64,000 bases of DNA from Perna viridis. Lineage: Eukaryota. Position 1 is the first letter of the stretch, and each line of letters starts with the position of its first letter. The notes under the pieces were generated by a model, which had not been told where the DNA came from, ran no database searches, and worked only from the letters and a program-made list of their open reading frames with translations. Location of the stretch: contig CM074512.1 of assembly GCA_037379345.1 (NCBI GenBank), positions 62,083,597-62,147,596 on the forward strand, read 5' to 3'. Shown piece after piece: positions 37,401 to 47,626 of this stretch. Both the position numbers and the translations under genes were made by a program.

Positions 37401-40400
37401 TACTTAGACAATTTTCATGTAAAATTTATTAGGACGATGCAAAACTTTTTTCCTGATTTTGGTGAAAATCAAATGATTTTTAGTTTGTTTGTCTTACTGT
37501 ACAAGAAAAAAGCATGAAATTCTCAGAAGACAGCTAACGATTTAAAAGATAATACAGCATACACTACATGACATGATAGAGTTGTGGTGAAGATGTTAAA
37601 CAATCCTTTTTGTTTAACTGTCATCCTTCATCTAAGGAAGTCAACTATGTATGGGTATTTTTTTGCAGATGACAGAACAGGAGATTGAAACAGTGTTAGA
37701 CAAGAGCATGGTATTGTTTAGGTTCTTACAAGAAAAAGATGTATTTGAACGGTATTATAAACAGCACTTAGCTCGTCGATTACTGCTCAATAAAAGTGGC
37801 TCAGATGATTCGGAGAAGAATATGATTTCTAAATTAAAGGTTAGTAAGTGTCAATGATAGGTAATGCAAAATAACAGACATCTTCCCTAAAAAATGACAA
37901 AAACAGCTGCTGTAATGATGGTTCACTTCTTAAATTGTAATCAGATGGAAATGGTTCACTTCTTAAATTGTAATCTGATGGAAATAACAGTTTGTTAGAT
38001 GGTTGGAAAAAACCTAATTTTAATCTAAATTACTTCTACTTGTGGCATCTGTAATATATAGATTAATGCTATCATATGTTGTATCATTTTACATTTGGAC
38101 AAGACATCAATAAATACATTGCACCCTACGTCACAAGGTAACATCCATTCAGTTAATTGGACAATTCCACTAAGTGATCCACTGTTCCGTGTTTACAGAT
38201 CATGCTTAAGATAGCCAATGCTCAGTCTTATCAATAGGACTTGTAAGGCTAAAAAAATATGCTAGGTTCTCAGGCACTGCAGCATCCCTAAAAACTCTCC
38301 TGCATCTGCATTTTTTCTTAGGTAAAATCCGTAAATTTTATATCTGTTCCAGAAGTTTTCATATCCAGTCCGGAATCGACTTTTAATTAGTTACGGAATC
38401 ATCTGCTCACTTGACACGAATGTAAAAAGTATGGTGTGAATGAGGCTGTTATTTAATATTCTTCATTAAAAACGAAAGTTTGTCTCGTGTCGGAGAGATG
38501 GCTTTTATTTCTTGCCACATCTCATATTCCAGTAAAGTTTTAATGCCATAGAGTATTTTATTTAACGTCTCAACATCCTCTACATTTACAGAATTGTTCA
38601 ATTTGATGAAATATCAACAAAAAAAAAAAGAGAACCTCCCTCCTGCATCAATGTTTTTTAAAAAGTGGCCTGAGAACCTAGGCATTTTATTTGTATGGCC
38701 TTTCTCTCATCCTTGGACTTCATGAATTCATGAGAATTGGACCCTAACCCCAACCCAAAAGCATAGGACGTTATTGTTCATAGAATGAAGAATGAAATTT
38801 CATCAACAAAAAAACAGTAATGCATAAAAATGAAAATAAAAATGTGATGCTTAACTATTTCTGAACTATAAAATGTTTGATAATAATACAAAAAATTATG
38901 ACAATAAATTTGTCTTCAGTTTTGAATGCTTTCAATTCAACAGTAGATATTGTGTACCAAAAATAAATTGAAAATGAGACTATGGGAGTACAAGATACAC
39001 CAATAGAATGATGAATTATTTGTCTACATGTATACCAATAGGAATGGGAACATATTTAGTATGTATTATTAGATATTGTGGTGGAATTCCTTCAGCAATA
39101 TGTTAAGTTTTGAATTATGTCCGCTTTAGATACAGTTGTATAAGTTATGACTGTTCAATGTCAAAGGATTGTACATTTATTTTTAATTTTGTAGACTGAA
39201 TGTGGTTGTCAGTTTACTTCCAAACTGGAGGGAATGTTTAAAGATATGACTGTATCCAACACAATAATGGAAGAATTCAAAGGCTTCCTCAGTACTGCAC
39301 AGGTAATAATATGACAATACCTAGGTTTCTTAAAACATTGCTTAGTTCGAAATCTATTTTAACTCAAAATAATAAGATATTCCATATTCAAACTTCGATA
39401 CAACAGCCTGCCCTGTGGTGTGAGGCTTTCCTTGTCATTCATTGAAGACCAGTGGGTGGCCCATGAGCTGACATTTTTCATCCTGATGGGGATGTTGTCA
39501 CTTCAACATATTTACCATATCTCGTTATATTGCAGTGCATCATAATATTTATATACTGAAAATCAAGCAAAACTGCATTGTCTGTATGTAGTTATTGTAT
39601 CTGTAGGATTAAAGTTGATGCAACATATCTAAATACAATACTTATTAGAAAAATTGGAATAAAGACTGATTTAGATAAAATGCTCACAATTACACTCAAA
39701 AACTAAGGCAAAGGAAATCTGTCATGTAGGTTTGCTAATAAGAAAGTCAAGTGAAAAATGATAATGAGATTGAGAAAAAAAAGTCTAATAAAGATTAATT
39801 TGTAATTAGTGTACTATAATTGTGAGACTAAAAACATTGAAAAAAAAAACAAGTGTTACATTTTTTTGTTAATGAATCCATGTATTGTTGACTACAAAAC
39901 TAAATTGATATGGAGTTATCTCTCTTTGGCTTGTTGGATAAAACTTGCTTTTTTAACATTCTTAAACTTTTGCATTGAAGGTAAATCTGAGTGGTGTAGA
40001 TTTAACTGTTAGAGTATTAACTACTGGTTTTTGGCCAACACAATCAGCAACACCCAGATGTAATATACCAAGTGCAGCAAGGACAGCATTTGAAAACTTC
40101 AGAAGGTATGAATTTTAATGGAGAGATGACATGTTTTAGGTTATTTCTATTGAAGCAGGGGATGAGTGGGTTTAATATTGTCACTTTCAGTGAGATGTGC
40201 ATGCCCTTCAAAAATGGATTGAAATTGTTGATGCAAAAAGTCTGCCTACTTGCTTAGGAAACAGTTTATAGACTAAGATCCATACATTTGTTCTTGTTTT
40301 AGATTGATTCAACTAAAATTACCTTTGGATTTTTAAAATTATATTGCAGTTGGTCTATCAGGTGAATTATGTTCACTTAGACTAAATGTTCAGTGTACAA

Positions 40401-43400
40401 AAATAAAATTGCATTAGAAATGTTTTTTTCTCTTAATTCCAGGTTTTATTTAGCCAAACACAGTGGTAGACAATTAACATTACAGCCACAGCTAGGTAAT
40501 GCTGATTTGAATGCCACATTTTATGGTTCTAAAAAGGAAGATGATTCAAGTGGTGCCAGTAGTTCTAAAGGTCCCAGGAAACACATCATACAAGTTTCAA
40601 CGTACCAGATGTGTGTGCTGATGCTCTTCAACAATAGAGATAAATGGACGTATGAGGTTAGTTGACTGGCCTAATTCTGCTTGAGTTTTGTTGTATGAAA
40701 AGTTCTAGATAATGATATGACTCCATCTGGATAGGTTTTCAAACGGTTGAATAATTTACTAAAAGAATGAGGTATATAGTATTTTGGAAAGTATAAAGTA
40801 AATCGCCGTTTCAGAGTAACATTTCTTGTCACAGCACTTATTTGGAGTGATTTTTTTGTGCTGACACAAACAAATTGACAGCAGCAACCTTGAATTCTAG
40901 CAAGTTAATTGATTTAATTCAATTCATACCTAAAGAAAAGTTCACATAAACCAAAATTTGTTGTATTCAGTTATTAGTTAATAGCTTTATGGTGGTAAAA
41001 GTCAAAAGTGAAACTTGTCTTCATTTTAAATTAGTACTTGTAGGAATACTTTTAGTTCAGAAGTGGACTTTTTCTCATGAAAATGTCTGAAACACTCAAT
41101 GTCATGGTATTTCTATTTTATAATTCCCAGAGCATTGCTTTGACATCAACTGAGTATTGAAACCTGATGAATTTTTTTCAAGTGGTCCATATAAGTTTCA
41201 AGTTACTAATTTCCATTGTTTAAAAGCTCACTTTACTCATATGATAACTTTGAAAACACTTCACTCACAAATAGTAACTTTCAACAAAACATAGAAACAG
41301 CATGTGATAGTAGAAAAAATTTAAATAAAGGGTGCCAAAATATCAAGTTTATCTTTGATCAAAAGCTTTTATGCTGCAGACATGATTTTCTTCTACTTTA
41401 AAATGGAATTTATTTTTTTCAAATCCATATTTTTACTATTACATTGCACTTTTTTTCTTTATGGTAACTTCAGACTTTTTTGTTGGATTCATAAAATCAT
41501 GCCTGATGCTAGGGTTAAGTCAGATTATTAAACCTTACATAATAATAATTGATTCTATTGGATGAAATATAATCACGTGACAGATAAATTTTGATATTTT
41601 TTGTCTTAATCGTAGGAAAGGTTGAAAAATTCATGCCATCATTGAATAACCCTATTATTCACTGGTGAAAAACCCATCAAAAATGCAAGAGCAGGTGAAT
41701 AACCCATCAAAAATACAAGAGCAGGTCCATGACCCATCAAAAATACAAGAGCAGGTGAATAACCCTAACACATTTGAAACCATGCATTTTTTGTCAGTCC
41801 TTTGTTTGTTCGGTATAATAAAACAATTACAGCACTCTAATTTGGTGAATATCCAAAATTGTCAACCTCACTAAGGTTATTTCCCTCAGGCTAAAGTCCT
41901 CAGGGTAATAACCCTAGTTCAGGTTGACAATTTTGGATATTCACCTCCTCAGGGGGCCGTAATTGTGTAATGTTAACAAATTTCTTAATCATGGTAGAAA
42001 ATTGAAAAGAAAATATGATTACTAATCTAAGTATGTATTGGTCTAGGAAATAAAAAATGAAACAGATATACCTGAAAAAAAAAATTTGTTTGAGATGTTC
42101 AGTCAGGAATTTGATATTTTTGGTTTATGAATTTAAAAATTGTTTTTTCAGGAAATAAAAAATGAAACAGATATACCAGAAAAAGATTTGATAAGAGCTG
42201 TACAGTCACTAGCAATTGGTAAAATAACGCAAAGAGTTCTACAAAAAGAACCTAAAACTAAAGACATAGGTAAATATTAATTAGATGAAAGGTATAGATA
42301 TAGGACATCTAATAGGGATGGAGCATCAATAACGTTCTATATAGATGCTCTGAAACATGTATGACAAAGTCATTCTGTTGGAAGTGACACATTTCAGAAA
42401 TAATGTATGCAGTTAGGAAGTGATTGAACTTTTAATGCAGACATACTACATGTAGTAAGTCCCGTTGGTTGAGACTTAAGCCATATAACAACAAAGTCAA
42501 ATGTTGAGTACAAATAGCTCTGTCCCTTATATGCAAAGCCAAAAATCATATTACATACATTAGCTGTATGACATTGGTTGTTTGTGCATCACACATTGTC
42601 ATATCTAGTAAAACTATCAATAAATCAGTAAGTTGTGATTATAAGGGAATATGATTTTTAGTTTGATATATTTATTTTGTATGATGAGAGACCCCAAGTG
42701 ATAACCAGGGGCATTCCCCTCCGTCTGTCATGTATTACAAATACCACATATGAGTGCAAACCAGTTCTAACATTATTGAGTATATATGTTAGCATGAAAA
42801 CGACAATCAAATCAGGTATAGGAACAGTCAGCTGATGGTCAGTGTCACTCAAATCGTGCAATTGATTGGCTAACACTGTGTAAAGAAAGATTTTTGGGGG
42901 TTTTAGTGGTTTATATCCACAAAGTCAAAGTATCTGTTAGAAGCTACAATGTCTTTTCTTTGTATTGCACGAAATAAAGGGTATAACGGATATACGGAAA
43001 GTACTATCTTTTTCATTTTTATTGTTATTCTTTAATTAACATATTTTCTTACATGATTTTCTATGGATTACAGTTCAAAATTTTTTGTATTTTTTTCAGA
43101 ACCTAGTCATGTGTTAAGTGTTAATGATCAGTTTACTTCCAAACTGTTTAGAGTAAAGATTCAGACAGGTATTTATTTGTAATGCCAGACACAAACATCA
43201 CCTTTAAATTACAAAATGTAGATTGAATGTATTTTAGATCACTAGAGTATACTTCTACTGGCCAAAAATAGTATTGGTATGTTCACAAATAGAATACCAT
43301 GTCAGACAGTATACTTACATGTATCTAATGATTTTTAAAAATGTTCATACATTGAATGTAGTCGTATGGAAGACGTATCAAATGTTCATTGTCAACTGCA

Positions 43401-46400
43401 AGTCTTAATAATGAAAATACCACCTTTTTTTACTATCAGTGATATTTCAACGATCTGGATATTTTCATTTCATAATTAGGTAAGGACTAAGAATTTATTT
43501 TAACAATAACAATGAACAATATTTGCTTTTATGTTTCAGTTGCTGCAAACAAAGGTGAAGCAGAACCTGAAAGAAAAGAAACAAGAACTAAAGTTGATGA
43601 AGATAGAAAACATGAATATCCTTTGTTCACAACTCTCTATATACTTAATTGATAAACTATTGGTTATTTATTATAATCAATTACTGAAATTTTCACCTTG
43701 CAAATCAGTTAGGACTCCTGAAATTTCAGGGACATTTAGTTGAGTGGAGTTCTACCTTTTGTTGGATTTTGGTGTTTTATTTTGGCTAGAAACATAACCG
43801 TAATCAGAAAAATGTTAAAACATAGTATTCAGTTTTATTTTTGGACTGCAATACAAGAGCAAGATATTCATTTAAATCCTTCCAACCTTATAAAATGTAT
43901 GATGCAATTTGAAAAAAAAATTAAGGAATTTTAAATAGCGATATTTATATACAACGCAAGAAAATTGTAGTTGTACATTGGTATGGCACTGTTGTCGTCA
44001 TCCTCATCCATAGGTACTTGGTTTCTGTGCAATAACTTGTGTTTAAGATGGTTGATCTTTATAAAATTTTATAATAAAGTTCCAAACCAGAAAAGAAAGT
44101 TTGGAATTGATTTTGGAGTTATGGCCCCAACTGTTTTAGAATTGGGGGCCGAAAAGCGGCCCAAAACAAGCATTTCATGGAATTAACTGAATAACTCTAA
44201 TTAAAGCATAGGAATGTCTATGATATTGTTCCACAATATTCTATACCTCAATGGTCAGACTTTGTTTGAAAATAAAGGTCCAGAAAGAGGGCCAAAAACA
44301 TTCATTTTCCTGATGACCAGACAATAACTTGACCATTAGTGAATTAATCATTTTGAAATTGTTTTACAAGCAAGGTGCCATACCACAAAAGGGATTGATT
44401 TTTGGGGTTTTCACATAAGTCAAATAAGAGGCAAGAAACAAGTATTTTTTTCTGATTTCTTGATACCTTGCTTATTTCAGGTCTGATTTTGAATTTTTTT
44501 TATTAAATCCCTCATGAAAGTCCTTGCCTGTGTTTTTCAGAGTCTTTTGCAGTTTTCAAATTATAAGGGACCAAAAATTGTATTTTTATTTTTGATGCAA
44601 TTTTGAAGATTTTTTTTCATTAGATTCTTCATGAAAATCCCCACCTGTATATTTCAATCAGATTTCAGATATTTCTTACAGTGTTGAGTCATAAGGGGCC
44701 AAATGGGACCATGCCCCAAAAATTGGATTTTTAAAATTTTTTGTGTGATTTTGAATTTGTTTTTATTGGATTCCATATAAATCCCAGCCTCAATACAAGA
44801 GCTTTAAGAATTATGCTTACCAAATTAACATTATCACTTACTATTTCTGATATAATGAGGTACAAAAGTGATCGATAAATACACCCTGAAGCAGACCTTT
44901 ATACTTAAATTGAATTTCAAAATATTGTGCAAAATTGTGTCCAAAAGGAACTGTAAGTCACTATGTTTAGCGAGTCAAAAACTAATATTGTGTCCACACT
45001 TGCCTCAAGTGAACAGAGTTTAACTGGCTGTGGTTGTGTCATGCTGCACTTGGCAAAGCTGTTATTACAAGATAGGGATGAGGTGATACAATTTTTTTGG
45101 CATTTTGTGTCATGCCTTCGGTTATAGTTTTCCTTGAATCTTTTATCTATAAAGATGGAGTTAGAATATACATCTTGGTCTGATCTTACTATTAATGTAT
45201 GATTTCATGGTTTTGAGGAATTTCCAGAGTTAGAATAATTCACAGTAATGCATTGACTTGGAATCACGTTAGTAGCTTTAGATAGAAAATTATCAGATAG
45301 TAAGAACATTGTAAAAATGATGAAGTTGACTATAAAATAGTTTGTCTCCTTAACTCCTGTGTAAGATTGAAGCTGCAATAGTAAGAATAATGAAAGCCAG
45401 AAAGAAATTACAGCATAATGTCTTAGTAACTGAGGTAATAACTTGAAACATTGTATCACAGAAGACACTTATTTTACTGGAGAATTTAAAACATGAACAT
45501 TTTTACTGGTTTTAATCAAATCTCACATCTGTCACTCAAATCCTTTCTGAACTGTAGAAATCTGTAAACCATATGATTGTTAGACAGTCCATGTATCTGT
45601 AAAATTATGACACATTAAAGAAGAGCGGTACTGCTTTCAATACATTTCTGTGGATTTAAATAACTGTTCAGGTACAATTATTCCTTTCATAATAATGTAA
45701 TAAGGAACACCTATTTGATCAATGTAATTGAAGTATTAGGCAACCTTGTTATTTATTTAATACAGGCCAATTAGAATAATAGATAGATTTTCAACTCGGC
45801 ATGTCCCTAGAAAATACTCTGAGTTTTTAATTTTTTTTTCAAATTTACGATTTTATGGATTGTTATCTGACTGCTTCTGGTGAATAGGTTTTAGATTGTT
45901 TACTACACTTCCTTGTAACAAAAATGGCGTTTACTATTCTTCGTGTTGTTGCCAGTCAAAATACGTAGGAAAGAGGCTGATATGCAACCATAAAACATAT
46001 GGTCACATAGTAATATCTCTCTGTGTATGCTTTAAGAGTTTAATGTTTTAAAATGACAATTCCATCTGCATCTTGTAATTCTAGACAAGTCATATGACAA
46101 AAAAGAAAATAAAAAATAAAATCCTCCCACCAGCCCCACTTTTTTGTGGATACCTGGATGAAAATCTAGCTATTAAGGAGGTAGACCTAGGATAAGGGAC
46201 GTTACTCTTGAGATCAGTTATATGCTTATTTATTCAATATCACCAAAGCCTATCAAGCTTTCATTTGAAACAAGATGAAATTAGTCCAAGTTTCTTTGAT
46301 ACTTACATGAGATTGATGTAAAATGCTGAATACAAATGTTCCAATGATTTGTAAGAGTTGTGTCCCTTACCCAAGGTCTACCTCCTTAAATTAGTTAGCC

Positions 46401-46931
46401 ATACTAAGCAACAAATTGAGAGTGTATATTTTGATGATTTTCAGTGTACTGAACAGTTAAAAGCCAGATTCCTGCCTAGTCCTGTGGTAATTAAGAAGAG
46501 AATTGAGGGTTTGATAGAAAGGGAATATTTAGCTAGAACACCAGAAGATAGGTTAGTTGAATAAATAGGATTATAATTTAGAGGGTGAATATTGAAAATG
46601 TTACTAATGAGTGCTGATATTAGTTAAATCATGTGCTTTCTCCATCAGCACACATGATCATATTATTTTTTATTTCCATTCATGACATAAATATTTATAA
46701 GTGTAGTACTTATATCTTGTAATTGATTATTTCCAATAATGAATTATCAATTTCAAAATTAAAAAAGAAATCACCACTATTGCATATTTATTTCCATCAT
46801 AGGTATTGGAAAATTTTGAACCTCTCATAAGGTAAAAAAAACCTGATTCATGGATCACATGGGGTAGAAAAATGTTTAATAGTTTTCTGTTTCTGTCTAT
46901 TTCCAGGAAAGTGTATACATATGTAGCATGA
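28398..46931 (+). CDS. CUL3: Cullin-3, complete CDS in 20 exons (2280 nt, 759 aa)
   Basis: Exons join in frame from [30 protein letters not shown]... to ...[19 protein letters not shown]. Contains [33 protein letters not shown] and [13 protein letters not shown] (neddylation site). Confidence 0.97.
28569..28587 (+). promoter_or_regulatory. Adjacent YY1-like (AAAATGGCGG) and ETS/GABP-like (CGGAAGTG) motifs at the start of CUL3 intron 1
   Basis: Motif match only. Typical of housekeeping promoter-proximal regions. Confidence 0.4.
29626..29823 (+). CDS. CUL3: CUL3 coding exon 2 (GC donor)
   Basis: TTTTAG|MTMDEKY...DHLVEK|GCAAGA; 198 nt. Confidence 0.92.
30109..30222 (+). CDS. CUL3: CUL3 coding exon 3
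   Basis: [15 protein letters not shown]...RDILMYM; AG/GT boundaries. Confidence 0.95.
30568..31787. mobile_element. Non-autonomous Tc1/mariner-type DNA element with TA TSD, carrying a nested Penelope-like fragment
   Basis: TA|CCGTATTTTCTAGACTACAAGTCGA ... TCAACTTATTGTCCGGAAAATACGG|TA, with sub-terminal CGACTTAT repeats. Confidence 0.8.
31118..31423 (-). mobile_element. Penelope-like element 3' fragment (copy F)
   Basis: AGAGTAATCAAGGGAA terminus and CCAGGTGCACCGGTAG core. Confidence 0.8.
32721..32881 (+). CDS. CUL3: CUL3 coding exon 4
   Basis: [18 protein letters not shown]...ERRGEVVD; AG/GT boundaries. Confidence 0.95.
33177..33291 (+). CDS. CUL3: CUL3 coding exon 5
   Basis: [14 protein letters not shown]...[18 protein letters not shown]. 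Confidence 0.95.
33684..33815 (+). CDS. CUL3: CUL3 coding exon 6
   Basis: [26 protein letters not shown]...PIVR. Confidence 0.95.
34272..34806. mobile_element. MITE-like element with inverted sub-terminal GGACAAAAGCCCC repeats
   Basis: Four (G/A)A(C/T)A(A/T)AAGCCCC units at the left end and the reverse-complement GGGCTTTT(G/A)TC units at the right end. Confidence 0.6.
34878..35055. mobile_element. Tc1/mariner-type MITE
   Basis: TA|CTGTAAACATA ... TACGTTTACAG|TA. Confidence 0.6.
35149..35196 (+). CDS. CUL3: CUL3 coding exon 7 (48 nt)
   Basis: [16 protein letters not shown]. Confidence 0.93.
35244..35432. mobile_element. MITE with AG(A/G)GCTATTCC(A/T)GAA TIRs
   Basis: About 20-bp imperfect inverted ends, plus an internal inverted pair GGTTGGGAGGCAC / GTGCCTCCCAACC. 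Confidence 0.6.
35829..35877 (+). CDS. CUL3: CUL3 coding exon 8 (49 nt)
   Basis: [16 protein letters not shown]. Confidence 0.93.
36297..36445 (+). CDS. CUL3: CUL3 coding exon 9
   Basis: [12 protein letters not shown]...[10 protein letters not shown]...TYIQ. Confidence 0.95.
37129..37305 (+). CDS. CUL3: CUL3 coding exon 10
   Basis: [13 protein letters not shown]...[19 protein letters not shown]. Confidence 0.95.
37669..37839 (+). CDS. CUL3: CUL3 coding exon 11
   Basis: [12 protein letters not shown]...[10 protein letters not shown]; 171 nt. Confidence 0.95.
38263..38680. mobile_element. Non-autonomous DNA element with TAGGTTCTCAGGC TIRs (TAG termini, possibly Academ-like)
   Basis: TAGGTTCTCAGGC ... 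GCCTGAGAACCTA are perfect 13-bp inverted ends. Confidence 0.6.
39195..39302 (+). CDS. CUL3: CUL3 coding exon 12
   Basis: [18 protein letters not shown]... Confidence 0.95.
39981..40105 (+). CDS. CUL3: CUL3 coding exon 13
   Basis: [21 protein letters not shown]...AFENFR. Confidence 0.92.
40443..40656 (+). CDS. CUL3: CUL3 coding exon 14
   Basis: [18 protein letters not shown]...[19 protein letters not shown]. Confidence 0.95.
41664..41765. repeat. 30-bp tandem repeat x3.4
   Basis: GGTGAATAACCCATCAAAAATACAAGAGCA units. Confidence 0.85.
42152..42269 (+). CDS. CUL3: CUL3 coding exon 15
   Basis: [24 protein letters not shown]...KEPKTKDI. Confidence 0.95.
43100..43168 (+). CDS. CUL3: CUL3 coding exon 16
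   Basis: [23 protein letters not shown]. Confidence 0.95.
43540..43615 (+). CDS. CUL3: CUL3 coding exon 17 (ends at the U12 donor)
   Basis: [25 protein letters not shown]+GA|ATATCCTTT. Confidence 0.93.
43616..45364 (+). other. CUL3: U12-type (minor spliceosome) intron with AT-AA termini
   Basis: 5'ss ATATCCTTT; branch site TCCTTAAC at 45347-45354; no polypyrimidine tract; the reading frame requires the 3'ss at ...GTGTAA|G. Confidence 0.85.
43942..45068 (+). mobile_element. Degenerate Helentron/HINE-like element with internal tandem units, inside the U12 intron
   Basis: TTTATATACAACGCA..TGTAGTTGTAC hairpin, GTC/ATC microsatellite remnant, and repeated CAATAACTT...TTGATTTTGG...GG(G/A)CCAAAA units. 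Related relics lie at about 50690-51265, 53800-54005 and 55040-55520. Confidence 0.5.
45365..45434 (+). CDS. CUL3: CUL3 coding exon 18 (contains the neddylated lysine)
   Basis: G+[23 protein letters not shown]|GTAATA. Confidence 0.92.
46445..46551 (+). CDS. CUL3: CUL3 coding exon 19
   Basis: [35 protein letters not shown]. Confidence 0.95.
46907..46931 (+). CDS. CUL3: CUL3 coding exon 20 (terminal)
   Basis: TTCCAG|G AAA GTG TAT ACA TAT GTA GCA TGA. Confidence 0.93.
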
Positions 46932-47510
46932 ATGGAAACTTTTGAAGCCGACTGTTTTAGTATGGTAGTCTACTCATTTGTATATGGACCAGTCACGGTG
47001 TTTGGCTGTGTCCCTGCAATACAAATGATCTGCATTCAAACATTGAAGAACAGCTAGCAGCATTTAAGCTTGAAAGATGAGATCTATAGAAACTTATTTG
47101 AAGCCTTGACTCCAAATCGCATCAATATTTTTACAGTAAACTTGCAGAACTTCTTATTTATTTTAGTCGAAAAAAGACTGTCCACTTCAATGTATATCTA
47201 TGCAGTTACTGCAGAATTTATTTGTTATATTTTATTTGTTGAATGAATGATTTTAGGTCTGCTTGAGGAAATGTGAATCGTAGTATTTTCTGATGTTTGT
47301 TGATGTGTATGTGAATGATAGAGTTATCAAGTATTTTTAAGTTCAAATTGAACTGCTCATTTCAGCTTTGTAGAGTAAACTTCAGCTCATAATGACAGGG
47401 AATTGATTAGTTAATTTAGGGGATAAAGTTGGTGTTCTTATGATTGAATGCCTATTACATTATTAACTTCCTTAGGTAGTTAATTGGACATTTGGGAGAT
47501 ATATATATAG

Positions 47511-47626
47511 ATTCTCCTTCAATCTCGTGGGGATTACAGGATTTCTCCACTCAAGATAGTTAAAATCTAAAATTTAACTATCGAGAGTGGAGAAATCTTT
47601 TAATCCCTGAGAGAAAGAGGGAGAAT
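47511..47626. repeat. 54-bp-arm inverted repeat (foldback) downstream of the CUL3 stop
   Basis: Arms 47511-47564 and 47573-47626 with an 8-nt loop. Confidence 0.85.

Noticed and set aside
37918-37985. 33-bp direct duplication in CUL3 intron 11
   Set aside because: Ordinary slippage duplication with no sign of function.
43531-43743. ORF-track proteins overlapping CUL3 exons (43531-43743, 40072-40257, and read-through tails of 29626-29931 and 36308-36616)
   Set aside because: Wrong frame or intron read-through. The spliced model explains the conserved parts.
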